From positions 56,232 to 111,255 of the forward strand of contig CAYFHS010000014.1 of assembly GCA_964342815.1 (NCBI GenBank): a stretch of DNA of 55,024 nt. Reading direction: 5' to 3'. The position numbers and the translations under genes are program-made. Below, in pieces: positions 1 to 9,684 of the stretch. Within the stretch, counting starts at the first letter, position 1. Every line of letters starts with the position of its first letter. This DNA comes from an uncultured archaeon (lineage in GTDB: Archaea; Thermoplasmatota; Penumbrarchaeia; JASLWR01). Under the pieces are notes generated by a model, which saw nothing but the letters and a program-made list of their open reading frames with translations, had not been told where the DNA came from and made no database searches.

Positions 1-56
1 CTGACAAATGTTCGCTATAACCACTGACAAATGTTCGCTATAACCACTGACAAATT
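1..56. repeat. 23-bp tandem repeat CTGACAAATGTTCGCTATAACCA (2 full copies plus a partial third; may extend left of the window)
   Basis: Identical units at 1-23 and 24-46, partial CTGACAAATT from 47. Confidence 0.9.
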
Positions 57-220
57 TTCCATATTACTAGGTGAACATTCTTATTACAAAAGATTATATG
101 AAGGAATGACCTAAAGGATTCCTCTCCCCTCGACAAAAGATAAATCATTAATTAAAAAAATTAATCTAATAACAGATAGTTACTCCAACTACTATTGGAT
201 TCTTCAAGAAAGGCGATATC

Positions 221-586
221 ATGGATTCAACATTGAGATTGATCATAGTATTTACAGGAATGGGACTTGCAGTTCTTACCTTTACAATAATTAATTACTA
301 TCAGGTAAAGACCATCGAGCAGAACATCAAATCAATTATAATATATCAGGCGAAACTGTTGCCCATCATCGTTTGTTTCTCCATGGTGGTGGCAATCAGT
401 TTCAACCTGGGTATGAGAGCCTTCGCGAACAGGATCTGGGTGCCGTTCCTACTGTATCTAACCTTTGAAGTTGTGTTTGCAGCCCTAATGGCTTATGTCT
501 TTTTCAAGGAAGTACCATCCAAGGGAACGTTAGTAGGATCCATCATGTGTGTTACGGGAGCGGTATTGGCAATAGTCTGGAAGTAA
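221..586 (+). CDS. small 4-TM membrane protein, DMT/EamA-SMR-like transporter
   Basis: 121 aa, four hydrophobic segments, C-terminal FFKEVPSKGTLVGSIMCVTGAVL resembles DMT family ends. Confidence 0.6.
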   Translation: MDSTLRLIIVFTGMGLAVLTFTIINYYQVKTIEQNIKSIIIYQAKLLPIIVCFSMVVAISFNLGMRAFANRIWVPFLLYLTFEVVFAALMAYVFFKEVPSKGTLVGSIMCVTGAVLAIVWK

Positions 587-766
587 AGTCCGTCATCCCG
601 GTCATAGTTTTTGCCCTAGATTCTCGGTCCCTGCTAAAAAAAAGTGTTCATAAATGTGACTGGCATAAAAAAGAATAAATAATCGTAAGTTCAACAAGAA
701 AACATAATGTACAAGGCCAATATCGATAGTTTAGGACATTAATATTAACAAAATCGAGGAACTTAA

Positions 767-1456
767 ATGGTTTTAGATCGGTCGGAGATGAGGAATTGCC
801 CGGAATGTGATGTTCAGCTAAAGGTAAAAAACCTCCCGCGTCATTTTAAAAGAATTCACGGGATCGAGATCGGAAACAGCACGGTGGATATAGAACGTGC
901 CCTGAAAAGAAAAAACAATGGGACACTGTCCAAGTTCAGAAGCAGTCCAAGGATCCAAATCGCATTTTCAATTATCGTTGTCTTAATTCTGAGTCTATCG
1001 ATCTATTATGGAATGATATATGAGGGGTCATTTTCCGATTATGGTTTCCAACGTGCAAACATCTTTCCTATTATTCTGGACGATGATGGGATGGAGGAGC
1101 ACCACAAACAGGTTAAGATCCCGGTAAGCTACATAAGTCATAAAGCCAAATTCTACTACTATGATTCGAATGGCACCAAAATCCGGGTATTTGCAGTACT
1201 GGGATCCGATGAAAAACCGAGAGTTGCATTTGATGCAAGCGAAAATTCTTATCAGGAAAAAAAGGGATTCCGCCAGGATGGGGATAAAATGGTGGATAAT
1301 GCCGGAAATATGGAGTTTGATATCGACACGATCGGTAGTCTGACTTTAGATAACAAGTTCGCACCTGCACTTTTAACATGGGATTACTGCTGTGAGAAAA
1401 AAAATGTTGCCATCAACATCACCGATCTGAATACCCAAAGAGATCTGTTCAAATGA
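767..1456 (+). CDS. C2H2 zinc-finger + TM + DUF2318-like domain protein
   Basis: CPEC..HFKRIH finger, one TM, then KIRVFAVLGSDEKPRVAFDA..KKGFRQDGDKMV resembling DUF2318; GAGGA SD. Confidence 0.65.
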   Translation: MVLDRSEMRNCPECDVQLKVKNLPRHFKRIHGIEIGNSTVDIERALKRKNNGTLSKFRSSPRIQIAFSIIVVLILSLSIYYGMIYEGSFSDYGFQRANIFPIILDDDGMEEHHKQVKIPVSYISHKAKFYYYDSNGTKIRVFAVLGSDEKPRVAFDASENSYQEKKGFRQDGDKMVDNAGNMEFDIDTIGSLTLDNKFAPALLTWDYCCEKKNVAINITDLNTQRDLFK

Positions 1457-1878
1457 TCCAATAAATGGGATTGGCTGTACATAATGAAATGTATAAATTG
1501 GGCTCAACTAAGGAAATTCAGAAAAAAGTGTAAAATTTTTTGTCAAAAAAATAACTATTTTGCCTGTTTCTTCTCCTTTAAATGCTTGGCATATCGTAGT
1601 AGATCCTTATGGCAATCCGGACATGAAGTAAGCAGTCCGGTTTTTAGCCCGGTAATATGCTTCGGCATGGCTATCTGAGAACCACAGATATCACAAATGA
1701 AACCAAACGCCATGAGAAAATTCCTCCATAAGAGATAAGAATTAATATCCCAAACTCCTATTTATCCTGAAACTGTCCCCGTTCTTTATAAATGTTGGGC
1801 ATAGATTTCAATACTTTCCCAGTTTTTTCTTCAAGAAAAATCCAGTGCCGGCATGGATAATGGCAAACTGCTTAAACC

Positions 1879-4728
1879 CTATTCAACAGGTGGTGGTGGG
1901 CTCAGTTCGATGCTGTTATCGCAAATGGGGCATTGAAGCTCGAAGGTATTATGAGGTTCGTATACAATCACGGGGTATTCACAATTTGAACAAACCTTTT
2001 CATCAGGAGAATATGACGAAAAAACCTCTTCTTTTATGTCATCCGCTTTTTGTATTGCATCATTCATCAGATTAAGCGCGTCTATGAACTTGTCCTCGTC
2101 CATAAGCCTCCGGGCATTCTTGTCTATCTTTTCGATATCGTCGATTTTCACTCCTGCCGCGGAATATTCTTTCAGTACCCCTGACATTGAATTTATAGCA
2201 CTGCTGGTTATGAACTTCTGTTCCAGATGGTGCGCATCTTTCGCAACCTTCGAAATCAGTTTATCCGCGCTGGTATAATCCTTCTTCTTGTAAGTGGATT
2301 CGTATTCTGCAAATCTCTTCTCCAACTCGGTCGTATCCAATACCGTGTTTCTCAATTCGATCATCTTAGGCAGGAGAATCGTATTCGTCATATTACATTT
2401 AAGCTTGAAATATTCCTTTTCATCCATTCCTGCGGCCTTGTTGCTTTCGAGAGCGGTATTCCACGCCCTTAATACTTCATCGTTCTCCAACATCTTCTGT
2501 GATTTGGCCAGCAGCTCATTGGCATTTTTAATTTTACTTTCCTCCGCTTTCGATTTCTTGATGAAGCTATTGGCATATTTGATGGCTCCCTTGGTCTTCT
2601 TACGAAGGAATTTGAGCCTGCTCTCCTCCAGATCCTTCTCAAGCTGTCCCGCAACTGAGATAGCCTCCTCTGCCTTGCCAGCTTTCAATGCTTTGTTTCC
2701 TTTCTGAAGTTGTTTCTTGTGGGTACCTATGGCGATTCCCCACTTGTTGTAAGCGTTGATGATCTTTTCCGAGAACTCCAGGATTATCTCCGCTCGGTGG
2801 ATCGATATCTTTTTCTCTTCTTCCTTCAACATACCTATTATAGGTTCCGCCTTTTCCTTCACCAGATAGAATTTCTTTTCCGTGAACAACTTGTAGGCGA
2901 TCTTCAACTGCCGGTCTGCCTCAAAAATATCAACGTTTTTCTCCCGAGCTTCATCTATTGCCGCCTTCGATTCCTCGATTATCCTCTTCGCCGGTCCGAT
3001 TATTTCATTTGTGAATATTCGAGTTGCCTCGTTCTTTACTTCTTGGGTAACTTTCTCCAGCTCGCCGTACTTTTTATCCTTAAGGAGAGCAGGGGCTTTT
3101 TTCAATTTTTCCACAAGTGATTTAACATCCCATTTCTGTCCACGTATCTTCTGTACCGCTTTCATGGCTTCCGGGATCAATTTTTTGTACTCGGTGCTTG
3201 CTTTTTCTTCCTTTTCAATAGTAGTTTTTTTGATGATTTCCATAATTTGCCGGACAAATGAGGTGACCTCTTCATACCTTTTGTTCTCCAGAGCGAATTT
3301 GGCCTGACGCATCAGGTTCTCCGGCATGAGAGTATTCATACCTCCCGCCTTCGCTCTCGATATTGCTCTTGTAGCCTCCCCAATGCTCTTTTCCAGCTTT
3401 GGTACAATGGATTTGTCACGGCTTTTCTGTATCTGTGGTCCCAACCTCTTCACGATCCGGATTGATACCATGTAATCTCCAGTATCGTAGGCTTCCTGCG
3501 CCTTAGCGAATTGTTCCTCGATACGGGTCGTATCCATGCTTCCAGCCAAGTCTGAGATTTCTTTTCTTATCTTTTCGATCAGGTCTTCCGCTTTCTTCCG
3601 GTGGCCCTCTTTTTTCAGTTCTTCCGCGATGTTCGCCACCTTAATTGCAAGCTCCTCCGCCTTTCCGAAATCCTTATCTTCAAAGACGTCCTTAGCCTGC
3701 TGGAACAATTCTTCAACCTCATTTGTATCGGCATCGGTCTTCCGCAGATCGGCTAATATGAACTGGGCTCTAGATATAGCTTGTATCGCATCCTCGTCGG
3801 TTCGTTCACCTTCCCATTTATCGATGGATGTCTTTATCTGCACGGCATAAAAAATAACATCATCATAATCCTCGTAATCCAGAGCATCCTTTGCCTTCAA
3901 TAATGCCATGGCGGTACCTGGGACCGATTTTCCCGTTTTCTCCATTTCATTTACCATGGATTCAGCATGAGCATAAATGGATTCAGCCTGCTTATAGAGG
4001 TATTGCTCTTTCAACTGGTCCAGGGATTTTTCCGATTTTTTATAAAGCTGGATGGCTCCATCATAAGACTCTGAATTGTACTCCCTTTCAGCTTTACGAA
4101 TCAGGGTTTCGGCTTCATGAACCAATAGGAGTCCCACTCCCTTTATCTCGCCGAATATACGGACCCCATCCATAATAGTGTTGATCCGATTCCGGATCTC
4201 ATCACATTTCTTCTTTTTCCTCTCAATGGGTGATAAAAGAAGATCGACGGCCAAATTGGCCAATTCCAGGCTTTTCTGGCATTGTTTGGCCCTGAGAGCT
4301 TTCCTTGCTTCCTTAATAAGTTCGTCAGACCTCGTTACATCAACACCCTCGTCCCTTGCCTTCTTGATCCGGGGCCACGCTGTCTTGAGGGAATCTGCTG
4401 CCTTTTCATAAACCTTCTTCAATTCATGGGTTTTATGAATACACTCCTTCACATAATCCTCTGCTGAGGAATAATCTTTAATATCAATGGCAAGTTTGAC
4501 TTTTTTTAAGAGGATTTCTGCAGGTGCCGTGTCAATAGAATTCTTCAGTTCTTCGATCTCGTGCTTCACTTTTTCATATAGCGTTATGGCTTTTGGCTGC
4601 TCGGTATCCCTGGCCCCGATGGATGGTTTTGCGAGAGATAACATCGAAGAACCCATACGAGACGCACAATTTGGACAGTAAGGCATTTTTCCTTCTGTAG
4701 GCTTTCCACATGATTGACAAAATCCCAT
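1879..4728 (-). CDS. large helical/coiled-coil repeat protein with N- and C-terminal zinc ribbons
   Basis: About 949 aa, K/E/A-rich repeats of the type AKxAxxxxDYxxA; CQSC..CPNC at the N-terminus and CSNC..CPIC at the C-terminus; start placed at MGFCQ. Confidence 0.8.
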   Translation of the reverse strand: MGFCQSCGKPTEGKMPYCPNCASRMGSSMLSLAKPSIGARDTEQPKAITLYEKVKHEIEELKNSIDTAPAEILLKKVKLAIDIKDYSSAEDYVKECIHKTHELKKVYEKAADSLKTAWPRIKKARDEGVDVTRSDELIKEARKALRAKQCQKSLELANLAVDLLLSPIERKKKKCDEIRNRINTIMDGVRIFGEIKGVGLLLVHEAETLIRKAEREYNSESYDGAIQLYKKSEKSLDQLKEQYLYKQAESIYAHAESMVNEMEKTGKSVPGTAMALLKAKDALDYEDYDDVIFYAVQIKTSIDKWEGERTDEDAIQAISRAQFILADLRKTDADTNEVEELFQQAKDVFEDKDFGKAEELAIKVANIAEELKKEGHRKKAEDLIEKIRKEISDLAGSMDTTRIEEQFAKAQEAYDTGDYMVSIRIVKRLGPQIQKSRDKSIVPKLEKSIGEATRAISRAKAGGMNTLMPENLMRQAKFALENKRYEEVTSFVRQIMEIIKKTTIEKEEKASTEYKKLIPEAMKAVQKIRGQKWDVKSLVEKLKKAPALLKDKKYGELEKVTQEVKNEATRIFTNEIIGPAKRIIEESKAAIDEAREKNVDIFEADRQLKIAYKLFTEKKFYLVKEKAEPIIGMLKEEEKKISIHRAEIILEFSEKIINAYNKWGIAIGTHKKQLQKGNKALKAGKAEEAISVAGQLEKDLEESRLKFLRKKTKGAIKYANSFIKKSKAEESKIKNANELLAKSQKMLENDEVLRAWNTALESNKAAGMDEKEYFKLKCNMTNTILLPKMIELRNTVLDTTELEKRFAEYESTYKKKDYTSADKLISKVAKDAHHLEQKFITSSAINSMSGVLKEYSAAGVKIDDIEKIDKNARRLMDEDKFIDALNLMNDAIQKADDIKEEVFSSYSPDEKVCSNCEYPVIVYEPHNTFELQCPICDNSIELSPPPPVE

Positions 4729-4954
4729 AGCTCTCACTGGTTAAGCCAAATAGTAGTTCTTATTTAAGTACCTTTTGTCAATATAGAATCCGAGACATAT
4801 ATTTTATACCATTCGGTCTATAGGATTAAGCGAAATATCCTACTGAAGGACCCCGTTATTTTTTTCTATGGGTAAATTCTAAATACAATCTACCCAATTA
4901 TCTATCCGGTGTTGAGAAGTGTTCCACAGCATTATAAATGGGAAGGAGGGGGCT

Positions 4955-5707
4955 ATGGGGTGGTGGATAGTTTCTATGATTTTTTTATCAATTCTATCTT
5001 CTGGTTGTACATGGTTCGGAGGAGAAGGAGAAGAACGGATTCCCACCGCAGTACTTAAATCCGAAGGGAAAAATCCAGCGGGTTATTACTTGGTCAGGGT
5101 AGACCGGATCAACTATCCTATAAGGGTAAGAAATGTTGAAATTTCCTTTCTGGACAGGAACGATACGAAAGTTGTTTTTTCCGCCGGCAGGAACACAACC
5201 GGAATCACACTAGATCAGATATATTTTGCGGACCATTCCGGTGTCGACCATCGTTATCAAGTGATCTATTATGATATAGACAACGATCTGCGTCTTGCCG
5301 GTACAGAGGCAAATCATACGAAGGATTATTTTATCATTTACCCTAGACTTGGACTTATGAACTCGGGAAACAGCGAAAGTTGGCTTGCTAATCTGACACT
5401 GGTATTGTACTGGAGGGATGACTCCTACGTTGAGAAGAACAGGAACAACACCGAAGAATTGATAATCGGAAAGACATTGATAGATTCAAATAACACAATG
5501 GAGAAAAATATCATTGACCTGGAAAATAAAACAAATGAATCCGACACTGACGTTAATTCTCTTCTGATTATCGTTTTTATAATTGCTTTTCTTTGTATTG
5601 TCTTAATATTTACATTCTTGTTCAGAAAATCTGGAAAGTCCAGCGAAAATGATAATATAGAAATACCAAATAAAAACGAGAAAACGGCTCCAAATATGGA
5701 CGAATAA
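4955..5707 (+). CDS. secreted/membrane-anchored protein, possible lipoprotein
   Basis: Signal-like N-terminus ending LSSGC, C-terminal TM plus charged tail; GGAGG SD before ATG 4955. Confidence 0.7.
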   Translation: MGWWIVSMIFLSILSSGCTWFGGEGEERIPTAVLKSEGKNPAGYYLVRVDRINYPIRVRNVEISFLDRNDTKVVFSAGRNTTGITLDQIYFADHSGVDHRYQVIYYDIDNDLRLAGTEANHTKDYFIIYPRLGLMNSGNSESWLANLTLVLYWRDDSYVEKNRNNTEELIIGKTLIDSNNTMEKNIIDLENKTNESDTDVNSLLIIVFIIAFLCIVLIFTFLFRKSGKSSENDNIEIPNKNEKTAPNMDE

Positions 5708-6002
5708 GTGCTTTTCACCCCTACGGAAAAGGTAGTTTTAAGGCCTGTTATCTAAAGGGGACCCGTCCTCGCAGTTGATCAAATCGTTGTCGAGGTATAA
5801 ATTGAAGATGGTCATGGGTGGAAAAAAACTGAAATCATTGGCGGGGAACATCATCAAACATAGTCTAGGCTGGTGGGGAAATAATTGTCTAAATTCATTT
5901 TGAAAATCTATCGTGTGAGAAGGGGTTTCCACCGATTTAATAAAAATTTAAATAAATGTATATATCTGGAGAAGTATTACATAAAAACTAAGGGTGAATT
6001 AC

Positions 6003-7109
6003 ATGCTAGAATCAAGTCACTATATGGAGGAAAGTGACGTCTCAACCGCATATTTTCTCATGCCTGACGTATCCTTTAAGAGCTTGCACGAAGAGCTTGA
6101 GATCATAATGGGTGAGGATAAGACAGCAGACCTGTTATATAGGCTTGGATACCGATGCGGAGAAGGGGCTGCGAGGGATACAGCAGTGGACAGCCAGGAC
6201 TTTGATACAATTGAGAAATTCGTTGATGAGCTACCAGAACACTGGATACATATCGGTCTTTCCAGCATAGAGTTCCTTAGAGGTGATCTTGAAGATTTCT
6301 ATGTATCTCTTTGGGATACCTTAGAAGCAAAGGTGATGCGTCCAACAAAAACACCTTCATGCCAATTCACTAGGGGTTTTCTCGAAGGTGTGATAAGCGT
6401 TCTTTTCGATAAGAAATACACAGCTATAGAGAAAAAATGCATTGCCGTTGGAGACGAGCATTGCGAATTTCATGTTAAAGTGGATACCGGCGCACTGACA
6501 CCGGATAACGAGGAGATGGTAAAGACCAGCCAGAGATACGAATTAATGAAGGGAATGGCCTACATGGTAAAATATGAGGACGTTGAAGTACCTTTCAGGT
6601 TGTTCAAGGACATGGTGACCCATGGTCATCAGGGGCTTATTATCACCCGTCTATTCCCCCAGATGATCAGGGATTCTTACGATCTCAAGAAAAGTTCGAT
6701 CATATGGCTTTCCAGGGATACCGTAAAAGAAATCGCAACAATTCAACCGGGACAGCTGGGCCTCCTTCACCACAAGATACACGAATTCCTGAAAAAGAGT
6801 GAAAAGGGCGTGGTGCTATTGGACGGTGTGGAATACCTAATTACTCAGAACAGCTTTTCCTCTGTTTTGAAGGTTATCCAATTGATAACAGGTAAAGTTG
6901 CTCTGTTCGGCGCCAATCTCGTCGTTCCACTGAATCCGAACGCCTTCGAGAAAAAGGATTTTTCCCTGTTTTCACGAGAGTTCAGAACCTTTAGTCACCC
7001 CGATTTCGAAAAAGCAAAGATTGAATCCATACCCACCGTGAGAAAGGAAGAAACTCCAAAGAAAAAGGACACGGGCGGCCTTAGCATGTTTTCGAAGATG
7101 CTCAGATAA
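6003..7109 (+). CDS. V4R domain + DUF835 (KaiC-like inactive ATPase) sensor protein
   Basis: C.FTRGFLEG..E.KCIAVGDEHCEF V4R motif; GLIITR..P, IIWLS, VVLLDGVEYLITQNSF DUF835 motifs; GGTGA SD before ATG 6003. Confidence 0.8.
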   Translation: MLESSHYMEESDVSTAYFLMPDVSFKSLHEELEIIMGEDKTADLLYRLGYRCGEGAARDTAVDSQDFDTIEKFVDELPEHWIHIGLSSIEFLRGDLEDFYVSLWDTLEAKVMRPTKTPSCQFTRGFLEGVISVLFDKKYTAIEKKCIAVGDEHCEFHVKVDTGALTPDNEEMVKTSQRYELMKGMAYMVKYEDVEVPFRLFKDMVTHGHQGLIITRLFPQMIRDSYDLKKSSIIWLSRDTVKEIATIQPGQLGLLHHKIHEFLKKSEKGVVLLDGVEYLITQNSFSSVLKVIQLITGKVALFGANLVVPLNPNAFEKKDFSLFSREFRTFSHPDFEKAKIESIPTVRKEETPKKKDTGGLSMFSKMLR

Positions 7110-7228
7110 TTCCCCATCCATCACAAAGAAATAGTTAAATCATCAACAAAGGGTTAAACTTAAATTGAAAAAAAGTATTCACCTTAGAACCGATCGAGTT
7201 GGATTTGGTTAATAACCGAGGATATTTC

Positions 7229-7774
7229 ATGGAACACAAGATAATCAAGAGGAAGATTTGTCTTCTGGGATCTCCTTCCGTGGGGAAAACAAGTCTTATC
7301 AGAAAATTCGTTTTCGACTCGTTCTCGGACAAGTATATATCAACAGTTGGCACCAAGGTTACAAAAAAAGATATCGAGCTCGTGATAGCAAAGAGCAATC
7401 TGAAGATCACACTTTCTTTGATGATATGGGATGTTCTCGGCCAGACGGGATACAAATCTCTCCATGCAATGTTCTACCGCGGCGCCTCCGCGGCAATGAT
7501 TGTATGTGACCTTACCAAAAAGCCAACCTTCGACGGTCTCGATGAATGGGTCGAATCACTTTTCAAAGTGACAAAACCAATTCCGGTGATATTTTTAGCA
7601 AATAAAGCCGATCTTACAGATAATTACGCTTTCCAACCTGAAGATATAAACGAACTCTCACAAAAGATTAATACAATATATTATCCTACCTCAGCTAAGA
7701 CCGGTCTGAACGTACAGACCGCTTTTAATAGATTATCCAAAATTTTAATCAGAGACTTTCTTAAAAAGGCTTAA
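7229..7774 (+). CDS. Ras-superfamily (Rab/Roc-like) small GTPase
   Basis: G1 GSPSVGKTS, G2 YISTVG, G3 WDVLGQ, G4 NKAD, G5 TSAK. Confidence 0.9.
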   Translation: MEHKIIKRKICLLGSPSVGKTSLIRKFVFDSFSDKYISTVGTKVTKKDIELVIAKSNLKITLSLMIWDVLGQTGYKSLHAMFYRGASAAMIVCDLTKKPTFDGLDEWVESLFKVTKPIPVIFLANKADLTDNYAFQPEDINELSQKINTIYYPTSAKTGLNVQTAFNRLSKILIRDFLKKA

Positions 7775-7793
7775 GTACTTATCGAGTGAAAGT

Positions 7794-8028
7794 GACCCAT
7801 ACTGGTCCCCGACGCAATATCGGAGATATTGCTAGGGGTGCGTAGCAATCACTATTGCAAGCATTAGCAGAACTCGTTCTGCAATATCGGAGAAACTTGT
7901 TTCTCCACCACCTGTCGGTACGCAAGTACCGAAGGAGCAGGAGCATACTAATGCTCTGGAGCCCGTAGATTTCATCTTGAAATTGAGGGATTAGGGCAAT
8001 CTCTGATTGTCCAGAGTGAAACGGACTC
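7794..8028 (+). ncRNA. candidate structured RNA / hairpin-array element (R1)
   Basis: About ten consecutive short hairpins including a GCAA tetraloop; G-T pairs favour the + strand; homologous to the 20.5 kb element. Confidence 0.5.
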
Positions 8029-8105
8029 ACCATTCAGGACAAGAAATGATCGATCAAGTTAAATTTAGCTGGGTCTTTGCTTAGGTGCTCTTGGAGGGAA
8101 ACGAT

Positions 8106-8363
8106 ATGAGTGACGAAGAGAGAAAGGGATCCGAGGTTGACAACATACTTGCAGAGGTGGAGGAGGATGTTTTCAGGAATGAGAGAATGATCAAGCTCTC
8201 CATAGCATTGGAATATATGATCCAGCTCGTTGAACCGAAATATAAAGAAGCTTTCATAAGAGCAGAGAGGAATGCCAGATCCGTGGAGGAGATGAACCGG
8301 ATACTGGAACTGGCAAGGAAGCATATTGGGCAGCGAACAGCCATAACCATACTCGGCATTTGA
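8106..8363 (+). CDS. small helical hypothetical protein
   Basis: 85 aa, GGAGG SD, protein-like composition, T-rich tract after the stop. Confidence 0.7.
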   Translation: MSDEERKGSEVDNILAEVEEDVFRNERMIKLSIALEYMIQLVEPKYKEAFIRAERNARSVEEMNRILELARKHIGQRTAITILGI

Positions 8364-8479
8364 ATCTTTTTTTCTTTAACATGTAAATGATTCCCACATC
8401 TATGGGTCGTTTATTTCGATCTCAAGGGACCCCTACCGCTTCTCAATTCTTTTCTGTAATCCAAGGGAGGTATTGACAT

Positions 8480-9670
8480 ATGCAGATCGGAATCGTTGGA
8501 AAACCTAATGTAGGAAAATCAACCTTTTTTAATGGCGCTACTCTCGCCAGCGTAGAGATAGCAAACTACCCATTTACCACGATCGAAGCGAACAAAGGGA
8601 TCGCTTACCTCAGGACCAAATGTCCCCACATAGAGTTCAAAACCGACTGCACACCCAATAATTCCAAGTGTATTGAGGGCATAAGATACGTTCCGATAGA
8701 AATGATCGATGTGGCAGGTCTCGTTCCTGGAGCCCATGAAGGAAAGGGCCTGGGCAACAAGTTCCTGGATGACCTGAGACAGGCCGACGCGCTCATTCAT
8801 ATAATCGATGCTTCGGGAAGCACCGATTCCGAAGGAAATCCTTGCCCTAAGGGAAGCCATGATCCGCTGGATGACGTAGAATTTCTTGAAAATGAGATCG
8901 ACCTATGGTTCAAAAGCATTCTTTCGAAAAATTGGAGGCGTATATCGAAAAGAGGTCGCCTGGAGGGAACGAAACTGGAACTACTCATCCTGGAACAGGT
9001 AACAGGCTTGGGAATAACAAGGGAACAGGTACTCCATTCACTTCACAAGTGCAGTATCCAAGGAAACCCGGAGGACTGGAGTGAGAAGGAACTTTTAAGG
9101 CTGGCTGTCACACTTCGCAAGATCAGTAAACCATTCATCCTGGGAGCCAACAAATGCGATATTGCACCTACAGAGAACCTGGAGAAACTGACTGAGCTTA
9201 AAGATTACACAGTAATACCGGCCATGGCTGAGCTTGAATTGGCCCTTAATAATGCCACCTCTGCTGGTCTCCTGATATATAACAGAGGTGAGAGTGATTT
9301 TGAGGTTATTGATCCCAGCCGGTTGAACGAGAAGCAGAAGAAAGGATTGATGACCATAAGGAAGCACCTTCAAAAATGGAAACGGACCGGTGTTCAGAAA
9401 TGCATCGAGGAAGCCGCCTACAATCTTCTTGACCTGATAGTCGTATTTCCTGTAGAGGACGAAAACAAGCTCACGGACCATGAAGGTAGGGTACTACCGG
9501 ACGCTTATCTTATGAAAAAGGGGACTACCGCTCTTGATCTTGCTTTCAAGATCCATACCGATCTCGGGAAACACTTCATAAGGGCCATCGATGCAAGGAC
9601 AAAACGGGTAGTGGGAAAGGATCACGTTTTGAAACATGGGGACGTGATAAGTATAGTTTCCGGAAAATAA
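8480..9670 (+). CDS. ychF: YchF/OBG-family GTP/ATP-binding protein with TGS domain
   Basis: GIVGKPNVGKST, NYPFTTIEAN, DVAGLVPGAHEGKGLGNKFLDDLRQAD, NKCD, C-terminal TGS (IHTDLG..FIRAID). Confidence 0.9.
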   Translation: MQIGIVGKPNVGKSTFFNGATLASVEIANYPFTTIEANKGIAYLRTKCPHIEFKTDCTPNNSKCIEGIRYVPIEMIDVAGLVPGAHEGKGLGNKFLDDLRQADALIHIIDASGSTDSEGNPCPKGSHDPLDDVEFLENEIDLWFKSILSKNWRRISKRGRLEGTKLELLILEQVTGLGITREQVLHSLHKCSIQGNPEDWSEKELLRLAVTLRKISKPFILGANKCDIAPTENLEKLTELKDYTVIPAMAELELALNNATSAGLLIYNRGESDFEVIDPSRLNEKQKKGLMTIRKHLQKWKRTGVQKCIEEAAYNLLDLIVVFPVEDENKLTDHEGRVLPDAYLMKKGTTALDLAFKIHTDLGKHFIRAIDARTKRVVGKDHVLKHGDVISIVSGK

Positions 9671-9684
9671 ATTGTGGTGATGTC

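Noticed and set aside
1-56. CRISPR interpretation of the 23-bp repeat
   Set aside because: Copies are directly adjacent with no spacers.
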